Assembly: GCA_030265395.1 (NCBI GenBank)
Contig: JARFYF010000052.1
Coordinates: 114,726,505 to 114,790,504, forward strand
DNA: 64,000 nt
Origin: Rhina ancylostomus
Lineage: Eukaryota
Direction: 5' to 3'
Below are positions 25,150 to 38,569 of this stretch, piece by piece. The number at the start of each line of letters is the position of its first letter. Position 1 is the first letter of the stretch. The notes under the pieces are model-generated. The model saw only the letters and a program-made list of their open reading frames with translations. It was not told the origin of the DNA and did not search any database. The position numbers and the translations under genes are program-made.

Positions 25150-25930
25150 CGTCATTAGGTCTTTGCCTTCTTCATACTCTTAGGCAAATCATCAGGTTTG
25201 AGTATATCGTAGGGTTCTGTGGTGGCTGATAAGGCTGGTCAAGGGTAGGTGGGTGGCTGGTTGGTGAGGGACATACTCCTTTCCTGAATGAATGATTCAG
25301 GATACTCAGTGCTATCCAGATGCTTTTGCTCCATTTTGATTTATCACAAGCTAGTGATTCCAATGAGGATGTTTCATTTTTTTTAAGGTTTTGAGAAAGA
25401 CCTTGAATCAGTTCCTTTGTCTTAGCAGCCCACTGCCATGATGGAACTTGGAATAGAATTGCTATTTTGGGAGATTGGTGTCAAGAATGCAAATGATGTG
25501 CTCAGTCATTGGAGCAAGCAGAGTAATTAAAGCCTCGATGCTGGGGTGTGGGTCTGGGAGAACACACTGGCATTGATTTGCTTATTCTACAAGTGCTTTT
25601 GGAAGATTTAGTAGAGGGCAGATAGGTTCTGCTTCTCTGGTGCTCTAATGTACCTGCTTTTGAGTCCATTTCTCAAAGGGATACATGAGATCAGAGATCA
25701 CTGCTGCCCAGCAGGTCATGAACCTTGTGCCAGATTTGAAATTTTGTCTAAAGATTTTGAAAGCACATAGGAAGAGATGATGAATTTCATCATTAATGTC
25801 TGCCCTCACTGAGAAGTGGTTCCCTAGAAATGAATGGAGATCAGTTTCTGAGGGGGGCCAAATTTCAGAAGGATACTCCATCTTCTCCTTTACTTGACAA
25901 AGGCTTTTGTAATGTCAGAAGCCTATCTTT
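25150..25930 (-). mobile_element. Decayed RTE-clade LINE, 3' part
   Basis: Minus-strand pieces FLGNHFSVRADINDEIHH and GTRFMTCWAAVISDLMYPFEKWT resemble the RTE post-RT region. Confidence 0.7.
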
Positions 25931-26594
25931 TATAGTGAATGTCCTCCCTACATTTTTATAGTGTTCTGGGCCCATTTGTTGCATTTATCAATAGACAGGG
26001 ATAAAACCTACTTTAGTAGACAATTACTGAGGGTAAAGCCTCCTCTCCAGATGAAAATGATTAAAGGAGCTGAGGTTCCTGTTCCCAAACACCTCAGTAT
26101 CTGGTTTCTTGGAGCACCTTAGTCACTATTTGTTATGGTTTTTGGTGGCAAAACATGAAAAGATAGATACTTCATGGAGAAGAACAGCCAACACAGACTG
26201 ATCGTTTACACCCTCTCAAGGTGGTGTCAGTCATAATGTGGTTGGCAGCATCTGCAGCCTATCTGGCCACAATTGCAGTAAGTTGTCACATTTTTCCAAA
26301 TGCTTACATTTGTTCCCTTATTGTGACACTCAGTTAATCACACTTATGTGCAGTTAAGTATGATGTTCCATTCCCACTATTAGTATGCCCTCTGAAAACA
26401 AACAAATGTGCCCTTCCAAGTCATGAAATGTGTATCAGTAACACCTATCATTTGGACGTTCCTTAGACCTCCTAGATGGGACATGGGAGACACACACCTT
26501 GTTGATTTCAAGGCTTCTCCATAAACTATGGAGAAGTAAGGTAAGGAGCAATGAGAGACATTTGCACTTTAGTAGCAAATCAAAGACTTGTTAA

Positions 26595-26750
26595 ACTAAA
26601 AACACAAAATGCTGGAAGAAAACTCAGCAGCTCAAGCAGCATCAGTGAAAAGAGAAACAATTAGCATTTCAAGACTACTTCATCAGAACAGAGAAAGAGA
26701 GAAAAAAAGTTAGTTTAGTTAGCAGAGAAGGTGAGATGGGTAGATCAAGA
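26595..26750 (-). mobile_element. Penelope pLTR remnant (reverse)
   Basis: aacacaaaatgctggaagaaaactcagcagctcaagcagcatc...ttcatcagaac, with a degenerate CUGAUGA...GAAA motif at about 26659-26690 on the minus strand. Confidence 0.6.
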
Positions 26751-27002
26751 GGAATGCAGGTGGTCCCTACAACTTGTTGAACTACTTATGTTGAAGTGCA
26801 TTCAATAAGTCAGAAAAGCTTGTGAAGACCATTTAGTATTAAATGTGCCTCCTCAGCCAAACTCTGTCTTGATGTGATATGTACAGAAGAGCTCCAGTTT
26901 GCTTTCTGTGATCATTCTTTTTTTTACTGGCCTTGATTGTGTTGTTATTACCTNNNNNNNNNNNNNNNNNNNNNNNNNNNNNNNNNNNNNNNNNNNNNNN
27001 NN

Positions 27003-28230
27003 CCTTCTTCTAAAATTCGGTGAGTACACCCTCACACACAAATTCACAGCCTCTTCTCCCATATCTGAGGAGAGGACGACATGTCAGGAGACCTCAGAGA
27101 TGCCGTAATTTCTTCAAGAAAGGAGACATCCAATTGTGGTAACTACAGAGGGTTCACCCTGCTGTCTGTTTCAAGAAAAAATCCAAGCATACTCCTCAAC
27201 TGCTTATTCCCAGCAGCTAAAGAGCTTCTCCCCAGATCACAGTTTAGATTCTCTCCGTCTTAAGGCACAACGGACAGGATCAGTGTCAACATGTGCGTGT
27301 CTTGTTTGACTTCACGAAAACCTTTGACTCTCTCAGTGGAGCGGACCTGCGTGAAGCCTTCTGAGTTTTTTTCTGCCCTCAGAGGTGTGCCTCTAATTCT
27401 GTGTTTGCAAAAGGATGATAAGAAAACTGTGCTATTAACTNNNNNNNNNNCTAAAGGGTCCATGAAAGACTGCTCCCAGTGCAGAAAAGGTTGATGCTAA
27501 GCTATATTTTCACTGCACCTCTTTTCTCAATTTTTCTTACCACAGCAGTGCACCTCGCCTTCAATAAAAGATTTCTGCTACAGTGGAGCTAATCTACAGG
27601 AAAAATGAGAAAATGAGAATCCACATCAATTCCACGCCAGAACCAAGGTCACCCGACCCAGTCGTCAATCCACAGTATGCAGATAGTACATGAGAATGTG
27701 CATGATGAGAGGCCAAGCTCCAAGTCATTATTAACTCATTCATTGAAGTATACAAGAGAACGGGGCAGATATTAAACAACCAGAAAACAAAGATCCTCAC
27801 TGCACAACACCAACTCCCCAAAATAAAGGTCCATGAAGATAATCTGGATTATGCAAAGGCAAACTGACGATGAAAGTCACCACTGCCTCCAATGCATCAG
27901 CGTAGCTGTTGGCCATCTGAGGAGAAGAATGCTTAAAAAATGAAGACCTAAAATCCAGCACAAAGCTCACGGTCTAGTGACCCCTGCCTGCCTGTATGCT
28001 TCAGGGATATAGATTACCTATTGCAACACCTCAAAGCAATGGAGGGGTGCCACCATTACCATCTCTGCAACATTCCCTCAAGTCCACTGGCAGTATAAGT
28101 GAACCAACATTAACATCTTCTCCCAGAACCAACATCCCCAGCATCAAAGCTGTAATTAAACACAGTCAGTTATGATGTGCAGGCCATATCATTTGCTTGC
28201 CTGATGTCAGACGCATGAAACAGACAGTTT
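27003..28230 (+). mobile_element. Decayed RTE-clade LINE, RT region
   Basis: SNCGNYRGFTLLS...LLPRSQFRF, a QYAD-like cagtatgcagat at about 27673, and a downstream cacaaagctcacggtc...gcaggccatatc segment. Confidence 0.75.
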
Positions 28231-29074
28231 CAGTTCCAAGAGCAACAGATCATGGAAGTTCTCAAAGCCCCCCACCCCACCAAGCTCATCATCACAAATT
28301 ACACTCCAGTATTTCTGAGATCCCTCATTTCCACACATCAGAATGCTTACCGCTCCAACAATCTCTGGCAATTTTTATGTCTCTGTGATCTCCAAGTAAT
28401 TGTTTGATTCCACTAAACCCATTCCCCCCTCCCCATAATCTCTGATTTTTCCTACCATTTTGGGATCTCTGACAAGCTGCACCTTTGATCTCAACTCTCT
28501 CATCCAGTTGCCTAATCTCCAGTTCCACCCACCTACCAGTGTTGTGTGGTCTTGTGATCTGGCACACTGATGGAAAACAATTTGCTGGTTGGAAGAATTG
28601 AGAGTTGGAAAATAAAGTTTGGCTCATCAGTGAATTTCTGTCTATCTGTCTCTGCCACACTCTCAGCTGTCAGAAATTAGGGTGTTCGCAATTTTTAACT
28701 ACATTATAACTCAATTAGAGCCTGCTGGTGTGAAATTTGAATCATTAGCACCGATTATTTAGATGTGCGAGATTGACCATAGTGACCATAGTGTTGCCAG
28801 TCGCATTTGATGAAGATGAATGCCAAATGGATGAATTCAGCGATGTCTGGCACCAGCCCAGCCATCTGGGAGTTCAGCATTCCAGCTACAGCTCTCCTTT
28901 AACCTTGCAAGGCTAAACAAACTTTCAGCAGCAGGAAGTCTAAAGAAATGGAGGGGGGGAAGGAGTGGGGAGTGCCTTAGTCCAATAGTGCGCATGGCTT
29001 AGTTAGGAATGCATTCACTGGTGTTGACTATTGGACCACTACTCCCACAGAGCCTTCAAAGACACCACATTCTT

Positions 29075-29620
29075 TCTGTTCTGTGATGGACAATGTGTGT
29101 TTATAGGCTTAGGTTTTCAAAGGTTGCCATCACTGAGATATGTAACATTCTCCAAGACTTTCATCTGTCCTCTCAAGCCTACATTGCTCTCTCCATGAAG
29201 GTCAAGATCACATTGACAATCAACTTCCTCACCACAGGATCATTCCAAGTGGCCAGAGCCAATCTCTCAATTTGTTGTTCAGTGCTTCCCCAGGGAGGTC
29301 ACTCAGATATTTCCATCTGCTTTGATTTCACTGAGGAACAAGTGGTGTCTGGGGCACTGATGTTTCCCACATTGATGGTTTTCCAAAATAAAACATTTTC
29401 TATTGTGTATAAACTGTGATGTGCCGTTCACCTGGACATATCTCGTGTGATTCACGGTCCTGGGGAAGGCAGCTGCAGCCACACTTGCTAGGCTGTGCTG
29501 GTGCACTTAAACCTCCCCCCAAAGTGATTGTGGGAGTTGTTTCCTTGTCCCTTACAGACTTCAGCTCCTGAAGGCACCAAAGTATGGGTTGCTGGTGACT
29601 GGCTGTCACTGTGGGAGTGT
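29075..29620 (+). mobile_element. Second PIF/Harbinger transposase fossil
   Basis: ORF 29093 reads CVYRLRFSKVAITEICNILQ...ALSMKVKITLTINFLTTGSFQ, the HTH-region signature of HARBI1-like transposases. The right boundary is uncertain. Confidence 0.7.
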
Positions 29621-32600
29621 GCCTTTTTAAGAGCTGATGTCCTTCCCTAAATGTCACCCAGCAGAGTGTTGGAGGTACATGAAATTGAAGAGGAATTCCC
29701 CAAGTTGCATTGCAATGCTTGTTTCCAGGAGAAAAACCCATGAGTGCCATTTCAAACTAAATTTTGGCCAAATATTGTGATTATTTTGCAGGGGATCAGT
29801 TTGGACATTAGTTATGTATCAGATATGGATATAAACCAATTTTTACACATTTTTGTTTCTTTACTTGAAAATACCATAAAGCTTGGAAATTCACTGGGTA
29901 TGAACTATTTGTATTATGTTTTGTCCTTATTTGACCACCACATACAGTTCCTTTTTTATTCATCAGATGCAGAATACTTTGCTGTGATTAAACAGAGGAT
30001 CCAAGTACCTAGTTAAAAATTTTTTGACCAATATTGTCAGCTTAGCAGAAGAGTACTGCATTTTGCATTGCATAGTATAAATTCTCTGTCTTTATCACAA
30101 CATTTCTAGGCCTTTGTTTTAATCCTGGAACTCAAAATACATCAGTGCTATGTTTGCTAGTTGTATTGTGGATGTTGATTGTGAATAGAAATGAAAATGA
30201 ATTATCAAAACATTCAGGTAAATAACTGATTGTTAGTGTTTGAAGGTACTTTTGGTGAACAATAAACCATAATTTTCCAAACCCGTGGGAAATATTAGTC
30301 ATCAATACCATGGAACAAGAATATAGGAAACAGAAGCTTGAGTAGAAATTTATTCTCTCTTGACAAGAGAACACTTTCCCAGAACTCATCTATAGGACGT
30401 GCAGAAATACATTGTTGTCAGTGGATTGTGCAGCAGGCATGATTCTCATGCCTTTGTACACCACAAGCATCAAGTTCAGTCAACAGAACCAGAAGCTCAA
30501 CACTACATGTTGTAGAACTAGAAAAAAAGCACTAGGTAATATATCTACTAATTATAAATGAACTCCAGTGGAGTAATGTTGCAGCCCATAATCCACTTTC
30601 TGTCATGGATGACCAGAGACTCTCATAGAATTGGTCGAGTCGCCCTTTTGCTACCTTCGAGTAGTTATAGTAGTGGAACATAATCCTGTCAGTTTTCATG
30701 AACCACACCCAAATTGGAGCTTCCAACAGCAACAGAATAAGTCATTGATTAAGGTTATGGCTGTCAGAATTTGGATAAAGGAGAATCCATCAGCAAGATG
30801 AGTGAGCATTTCCTGGTAAAATTTTAAAGTTAAATTTCCATCAGAGCTTTTTGGGGGCAGGTTTGTTGCAGGTCAAAACTTCTCCCTGCTTCTTGAAGGA
30901 GAAAAAAAAGCTGTGGATTTATAGAATGTCTTTCACAGCATGTTGTAGCAAATGTACAGAAGTAGACCTCATTGCTAATTCTGGGGTATGGTGCGTTAAC
31001 GTATTGCTAATAGGTGCCCACATATTTTACAGCATAATTGGGGTTGTTGTCTCAGGTAGAGAAGGAGAATTGGCAGTGTACCAGTACTGCCAGACCATAA
31101 CAGCTATAATAGCCAGATCCAGCAGTTTTTTTTTCTGTGGGCCAACTGCTGAAAACAATCAATCAATTGCATTCAGGAAACTGACACATTTTAAAAATTC
31201 CACTCCTATCCCACCTCAAATGCCTGGAGTAATTCCAGATAGTATAAATGCAAAGGTGTCCCTTATATAGATCAGTCCTGATGTTTTAAATTAAGGAAGT
31301 GCATTATTTGACATATTTGCTTAGCATTGTAATGCAGAGTGTATGTTATATACCCACATAGAAATAAAAACTAGATTTTTGTGGAGAGAAGAGATGGGGT
31401 TTCCTGCCTTTAAAATTATGATGTACTTATGCTGATTTCACTGCAGGTCATTTGAAGCTTTAATCCCCTCATGATTTTAGTAGCTGAGTAGTTTGCTTAA
31501 TAGAAGAAGGAGCCCTAGTCACAAGTCCTAATAATTTGTGAAGAAATTGTGAAAGAGAGAAACTAAGCATCTGATGACCTGAATTGAGAAATTATGTTGT
31601 AAATTACAATTAAACAAGAACAGAAACTTTACATAAGAATAATGAATGTATATTTTTAAAAGTTCCATTGAAAATTAAGTGCAGTTGCCAGGTGCTTTTA
31701 CAACAACAAATTGAAAGATCTATCAAACTTACGAACCTGACATCAAATTTTAAATCCACAGCACTCAACAAAACCAATGTTGAAAATCAGGGTGAGTTTC
31801 TGGGGCAGGAGAACTAGATTTCAATTGCTTTCTGTTGTTAAATCACGAAAAGTCAAACCAGAACAGAAATGTATCTCATAGTGAAAATATCTTGTGTGGA
31901 TAAATTTTCCAACATTTAAATTCATGATCACGTTCTATGTGTTGGTCTTCCTTTTTGTTTGTTTCTCTGTAATGTTAACACATTGTTAAGTTGGAAGAAC
32001 AATTACGTTAGCCAATAAGCAGATTCTTTTAGGAATGGAGTTATTTATTGGGTATTGGATGTATTAGATTAATTATTTTGTTGCTTAAACCCAAAAACCC
32101 AATAACTGTCAATGACAGAAAAAACATTATCTCTTCATAAAATGTAGCAGCTAATGTTCTTGTTTGTTTCTAAAGCTAGATACTGCTATTTAATGGTATC
32201 TTTTACTGACAGAAGGATTCTTTCAAACTGTGGCAAGTAAAGAAATAATTACAGTGTCTTTAGATGACTTAGGTACTTTGGTATGGGAAGACAGAGGTAG
32301 GTCTGCCTATCTTCTATTGGTGAAAAATAGGTAGTTGTAATCTTTGGAAACAGTCTTCCATTCAGGTCAGTTATACTGCATATTCTAATTCCTAGCTGCC
32401 TGACCTTAGTCCTCAATTCGCCACAGTACTTTTACTGCCATCAATCTGCTTCCCCATTTCTCTACATCAAGTTATGATGATTCTGTCACCCGTAAAACAT
32501 TTGCTATTATTCTATGCAATCCCCTATGTATGACTTTCTTCTCCTTTCGCTAATTCAAGGATTCATCTTCAACATTTTTTTCATTATAGGACTTCATTTT

Positions 32601-33375
32601 CTTTCTTCCAAGACCACATATTATTACAGAATCATCTAGCAGGCAAGACAACTACTTTTCTGTACTACCACTCATCTATTTAAACCCCCCTGCCTTCCCC
32701 CAACACACTCATCTCCAACAAATATCCATCAATAAGAATTCATCGCATAGATTGTGACCAATCATGTAGCTTTCCTTGCTGCTTCTCCTCCCCAGATACC
32801 GTTATTAGGACAAACATTTCCCTGGTCCCACCTGCATGTGTCCTTGAAGGCACAGCAGCATCTCCACTATCGTCTTTATGTCCTTTATTGAGGATGCTCT
32901 CTTTGGATAAGGATGTCCAATAATTATCAATATCACCAGGCATCATTTTTTTTCTCTGCAGGAAAAGTCCTTTGATATACTCAAAAAAAGCTTGCATAAG
33001 AGACCTCAATATGATTTATGCTTTTGGAATAAGAAACCAAGGCACAGGAATTGGACTTTGTTGTCCTCATCTCAGCAACCAATATTCTGAAGCTCAAGAA
33101 CCCATAAAAGTATGTCCAACATTAATCATGATTTTGGCCTTTGTATGAGATATCACATCTCACCTAGACTTTTCTGATGAGCAATGTATTCATAGGCTCA
33201 TAGTTTACAAAGCTGTCATTTCAAAGGCATTTGACATTCTTAAGGAGCTTGTTAAAATGAACATAAGAAGCTTTCTTTTCAGGAAAGAATCATAACTAAA
33301 TATTCTCAATAAGAAAGTTTTACCCTTGCCAAAATTCCTAGAATTATGCTGCAAACTATTTTTGAGGACATTTTG

Positions 33376-33590
33376 AAGTCAGGTCAAGTTTATTGTCATG
33401 TGTACAAGTATGGTGAGGCACAGGTACAATGAAAAGCTCTCTTACAGCAGCATCACAGGCATAAAGGTACAGACAACACACAATGTAAATTATGCTTAAA
33501 TTATACAAGACAATGGAGAGAGTAAAAAAAGGTTGTGATATTATCAAAATATTAATGATACCACAAGATTATACAAGATAGTGCAAAAAA
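33376..33590 (-). mobile_element. LINE/SINE 3' tail fragment (Rex1-type)
   Basis: Reverse complement ends cacatgacAATAAActtgacctgactt and contains tgatgctgctgtaag...ttcattgtacctgt. Confidence 0.6.
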
Positions 33591-34547
33591 CAAAGACACA
33601 ATCAGAGGCAAGTTTATGGCAATGTACATACAGAGATTATGGAGAAAGACTCTATCTCCACACAATGTGCAAAGCAGTTGCTAACTAAGTTAATCATAAA
33701 TTGCAGCAAATGGAGATATTTTGTTAAGGTGTTGGAACTGACTTGAGATATCTGGAACTAAGTTCCTCATAGATTCACTTTTTCAAGAATGCATTAGCAG
33801 CTTTGTATGCTTGTTAGGATGTTTCCTCAGCATAAGGAAGTCCAGAGATATCAATGTCACCAGGCAGCAAGTTCTGAAGTGCTGTTTTTCTGCAAGTTAT
33901 TCTTTTGACATACTCAATAAGGAGCTTGCATGAGAGACTTCATAAATAACAACTTCGATTTAGAATTTCAAAGATGACTAGCCCAATTGGACAACTCTAG
34001 TTGCAACCCGGGCTACAAGGTCTTTTTGTCTGCTGAACTTATGTTGCCATGGTATGAAGTAAGGCCTAAAGAATAGTTAACCATTATATCAGAATTCAGA
34101 AGATCATGAAACCAGCCATTGTCTATTATCATGCCAACATGTAAAGATGCCCATTTTAAATTCTGTTGATAATCTGAGGGAGAAATAGCAGACTTATTTC
34201 CAAACACATCTGTTATAAATATTGTTCAATGTTAATTGGAACCATACACCAATGATTTTAACTTAACTTTTAAGTAGTCCCCATAATTTAGCACATTAGA
34301 AAAAAAACTGTTAATCTAAACAATGTGTGTTCAAATTCTTTATGCTGAAATCACTAATGCTGTGTGAAATGCAAGCTTTTTAAGGGATGCATACACTTCA
34401 GCACGTTGACAATTCTCATGTCAGAGAAATGCTAGTCAGCAGGATTTGCTTTTGAAAATTTGTGGCATTATCTCCCAGGGAGATTGGTTAGCTCTGGAAT
34501 TTCCAAATTTGGTCCAATCCAGTATTTGTACTGCCAACATTTGTGTG

Positions 34548-34576
34548 TCTCTCTCTCCCTCTCTCTCTCTCTCTCT
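34548..34576. repeat. (CT)n microsatellite
   Basis: Directly visible, with one interruption. Confidence 0.9.
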
Positions 34577-37500
34577 TTGTGTGTATATTTTTTCATTTCA
34601 ACCAGCCATGCAATTCCTGAATGATACTCTTTTACTTTTTCTATTAAGTATGAGAATCTCCTACAATGCTTACATCAGAAGATTATGATGAACTTCAGTG
34701 CTTAAGTGTGGTGTGTGTATAAGTACCAGGACTGAAGTCAGCTACACATAGTCATCATGTGGTGGATTTACTCATTGCCAAATTTAATTTTGTGATTTTT
34801 GTTGGCCAATAGGTCCAGTTACATATGACCCTGTAAAGCCTGTCCCTCTGTGTATATGCATTCATATGCTATCATGCCTGTAATTGAGTCTGATGACAGC
34901 CATAATCACTTTCTAACATATAGAAGATCTGGTGATATGTTGGATAAATGCAAGTATGAAGTCTCCTTGGAATTTCTGTTGATTCTAATTTCAGAAACAC
35001 TTAAATTATAAGTTATTATGACACAATTGGCTCAGCATAGGGAATGGTCAATTATGACATAATTTATTTAATACACAGAATCCTGTACCATGACACCACC
35101 ATCATATTAGAATCAGTAACGGGCAAGTTATGACACATTGCCAGCATAGGAAGCACAAAAGCCAAAATTAAATAAATTGGAAATTTAATTCAAATCTACT
35201 TCTCTTTATCATACTACTTGTGCCTTGTTGATGCTTGAAAGGCTTGGGGATTCAATAGATGAGTTATAGATTTTTTTAAAAAAGCTACCTGTTTGATCTT
35301 GGTTGCTCCAGATAAATTTCTAGACCCTGCACTGGCCCCATCCTACCCGGATATATATGCTGGAGAATTGGCAATGCTAATGCTATTGAACAATATGAAA
35401 AGCTGCTTAGATTTGCCTTCTTTGTAGATCCATGCTTGGGACTTAACTGACTCAAATTTCATTGCCTGTTACCAACTTATCTTGAAAGTTGCTTGGTCAT
35501 GCTGCATGCAAACAAAGAATGCTTCATTTTCTGAAGAACAGCAAATGGAATTAAAGCTCTACAATCCTCAGACTAGAATCCCACTCCTGAATTTATAATG
35601 AATGCAAGCCCAGGACACTGCTGCAATGATCTCCCTCAGCCAAAATCTCCAACACCACAGCCATCTTACTTGTTACATCTACGACTGGAATTAGAACAAG
35701 ATTTTCTGTTCCAATGATTTAAGTTTTACCAGGGCTTATTGATATTATTCTTGGCTACAAGAGATTCTGGGTGTTCTATTTTCAGTAGAACAATTTAAGG
35801 AGAGATTTAGTGTCACTGTTGCAAAGCCTAAAGGAGTTGATCAAGAAGGGAAATCGATTCAGGAGCATAATGAGAAATGTGCTTAAATAAACAACTTTGT
35901 CAAAGAGCCCTGACTTTTCATTAGGGAGCTTTATCAAACCACTAGCATTATGACACCATCGGCCAAATGATCTCTTTGTGTGCTGGAGGAAGCAATAATT
36001 TGTAGTCAATTCCACAAGAAATTAATATTTGTTTCTAATGTCATTTCAATGAAGACTAAATGGGATAGATTTTGGCCCTGGTCCCAATTCAGGCTCAGAC
36101 AAGGCAATATGCAATTAATTGGAGCTTGATCTGAAAAAGCTGAAGAAATTAATTCTTGAACCTGTACAGCATGCTCAGGGCAATCTACCAGGCACTGTTG
36201 GCCTCCAAAATCTGCTCTTCCATATGAAGATACTGTATCATTGCTTGGCTACCTGCTTCACTGCATTGCCCCTCAGGAAATTCCCTGGAAGGGGTTTTGG
36301 AGCAGGGCAATGGACATATTTTTAAATGCAACTCTTGAGAGTATTCTTGCCCCTTCAGCTCCACAAAAACATTTAAAATACATTTCTCTTCTTCTCACTG
36401 GGAACCAGTGAGGCCAGATTTTTTTTATGGGTCAATCCATGATTTGCATTCTTAGAGACCAGCCAGGAGATTAAAAATTGGCCCTATAAATTTAGCAGTA
36501 GGCCTTTTGGCTGTATTGATCGGATACATACTATCCTGCTGCACAGTTAGAATGCATTGTATTTGTTCTTGTCTCTATCATAATTAATAGAAAGGTGTGA
36601 TCTATTTGCAGATCTACTCCAATTATATTTATCATTTGAAATATTATATGTAGTGTCTGGGTTAAAAAGTACCAAGAATGTTTCTACCTACAGACATGCT
36701 TGCCAAATATTGATTTCAATGAGAAGTACCACTCTAATCATAGAGCATAGATAGCTATGACCCATTGCGACATAGTGCTTCTCAATACTACAAACAATAA
36801 ATCCCATCTCAATATATTACTAACCCTATTAAATTGTCTGTGACTCTGCTGAAATGGAACAAGAATCTCCCAGTCCGTCTTAGCAGAAACCCAGGCAAAA
36901 AGTACAATATATTGCTTAAGTATACCTGCACAGAAGCAGCCTTCATGTATATTTCAATTAAACTCTATGCTACATGCATACAGCAGCAGTTAATATAAAA
37001 ATATCTCTGTCATGCTGTGAGTTTGAAAAAAATCTCAGAGTAATGGCAGAGGTAAAGATGAATTATTGCTCCATTGGAGCTGCACCTGCTAATTTACAAG
37101 GGCGGTGTTCTCAATTTTCACAGCACTATGGAACTGAGTACAATGTGCAAAAGCCAAACGACATAATGGTCTTCAGAAGAGATGCTCCTCCTTTACTCCA
37201 TTCCAACACATCCAGATGCTGACAGCTAGTGTTATTCCTGAATCTCCAGTAATCTTTGTTAGTATCACCTCCACTAACTCAAAAGCCCTGTTAGGTTGCA
37301 TTAGGCCTTTGGAGGCCAGTTGACATTCAACCAGAACACCTGGGTGCAAGAGGGGCAGTAGTCAAGCGTGCAAGTGTGTTATTGAGATCCTGGGAGCAAG
37401 TTGCAATTAACCCAGCCACTGGGAAACTGACTGGATTGGGTATAATGGTGCTTCTATGCTCTCCAATTTTACTGTGTTGAACCCAGTATTGGCTGGGACA

Positions 37501-38569
37501 AACTGACATTGCACCGTATGTCAATTAATCTCGTGGATAATCTGCCCAGTGAATACATAAAGATTACAGTGATCAAAACCTGGCAGAATCAGGTTAGTTT
37601 GATGTAATCTAATTTTGAATAATCTGACAGCAATCTAAGATCCAACATGAATAAAAGTCACTTACATAGGCTGTAAGTAGGAACTGACAGGAAAAAAACA
37701 ACAGAAGTCATCTTCAAGAAAAGAGAAAAAAGCAGTAGATCTTGGTAACTATACAATGGTAGAATTAGTGGTAAATATTAAGATATTGGACTTTTTCTTT
37801 GGTGATATTTACCTGAAACCTAACGCGTCAGCATTCGTAGAGTTCTCTCTTAGGTGGTGCTTTACACCAGTCTCTGTTCAGACATCAATAAACTTGAATC
37901 CAAAGTCAAATAAAATGAAGTCTGGTAGACATTCGCAACTCTCTGAGAAGCCCATGTTTGGAATAGAAGCGCAGCTTTGAACAAGAAGGTGGTTGTTCCC
38001 ACAACAGAAGCTGCAATAGCACTATTGGCACAGTGCCCAGAATGTCTGGGCTCAGTATGTTTAAGGCTATCACCAGATGCAATGAAAAGTGTCCATTTCC
38101 TTAGGTATATACACTTCTGTAATAACCCATAAACTAAATCAAGGGCAGACTTGCTCACATTGTGAAGTTCTGGAGAAGTGTGAACTATGTTGAATGTGTA
38201 CATTTGGTAAGTTAACTTCAAAACATAGGTCTAGATTTTCCAATTTGCAGGAGTATTTGAGTATACTTTAGGATACATTTATTGTCAGATTGACTTTTCC
38301 AGCTTCTGCTAATGGTCAGTGGTAGCTTTAGCTGCAAGTGCCATTACAATCTAAATAAGCCAGTAGTTATCTAAAGATAAATTTGCTCAGCATCAAATTT
38401 CACGCACTGATTTTGGAAGTGAACATCTTTATAGAACTTTACTTTTCAATGTCCTAATAGCAAAGTGAATCAACAGTTACTTCGAATAGCCAGTTAATAG
38501 TCACCAAGTATCGGCCATTGCCACATAATCTCTATTTTAATTGCTTCATTTTTGAAATGGCTTCGAGGT

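Noticed and set aside
37862-38221. 119-aa minus-strand ORF
   Set aside because: No family could be assigned and there is no supporting exon structure.
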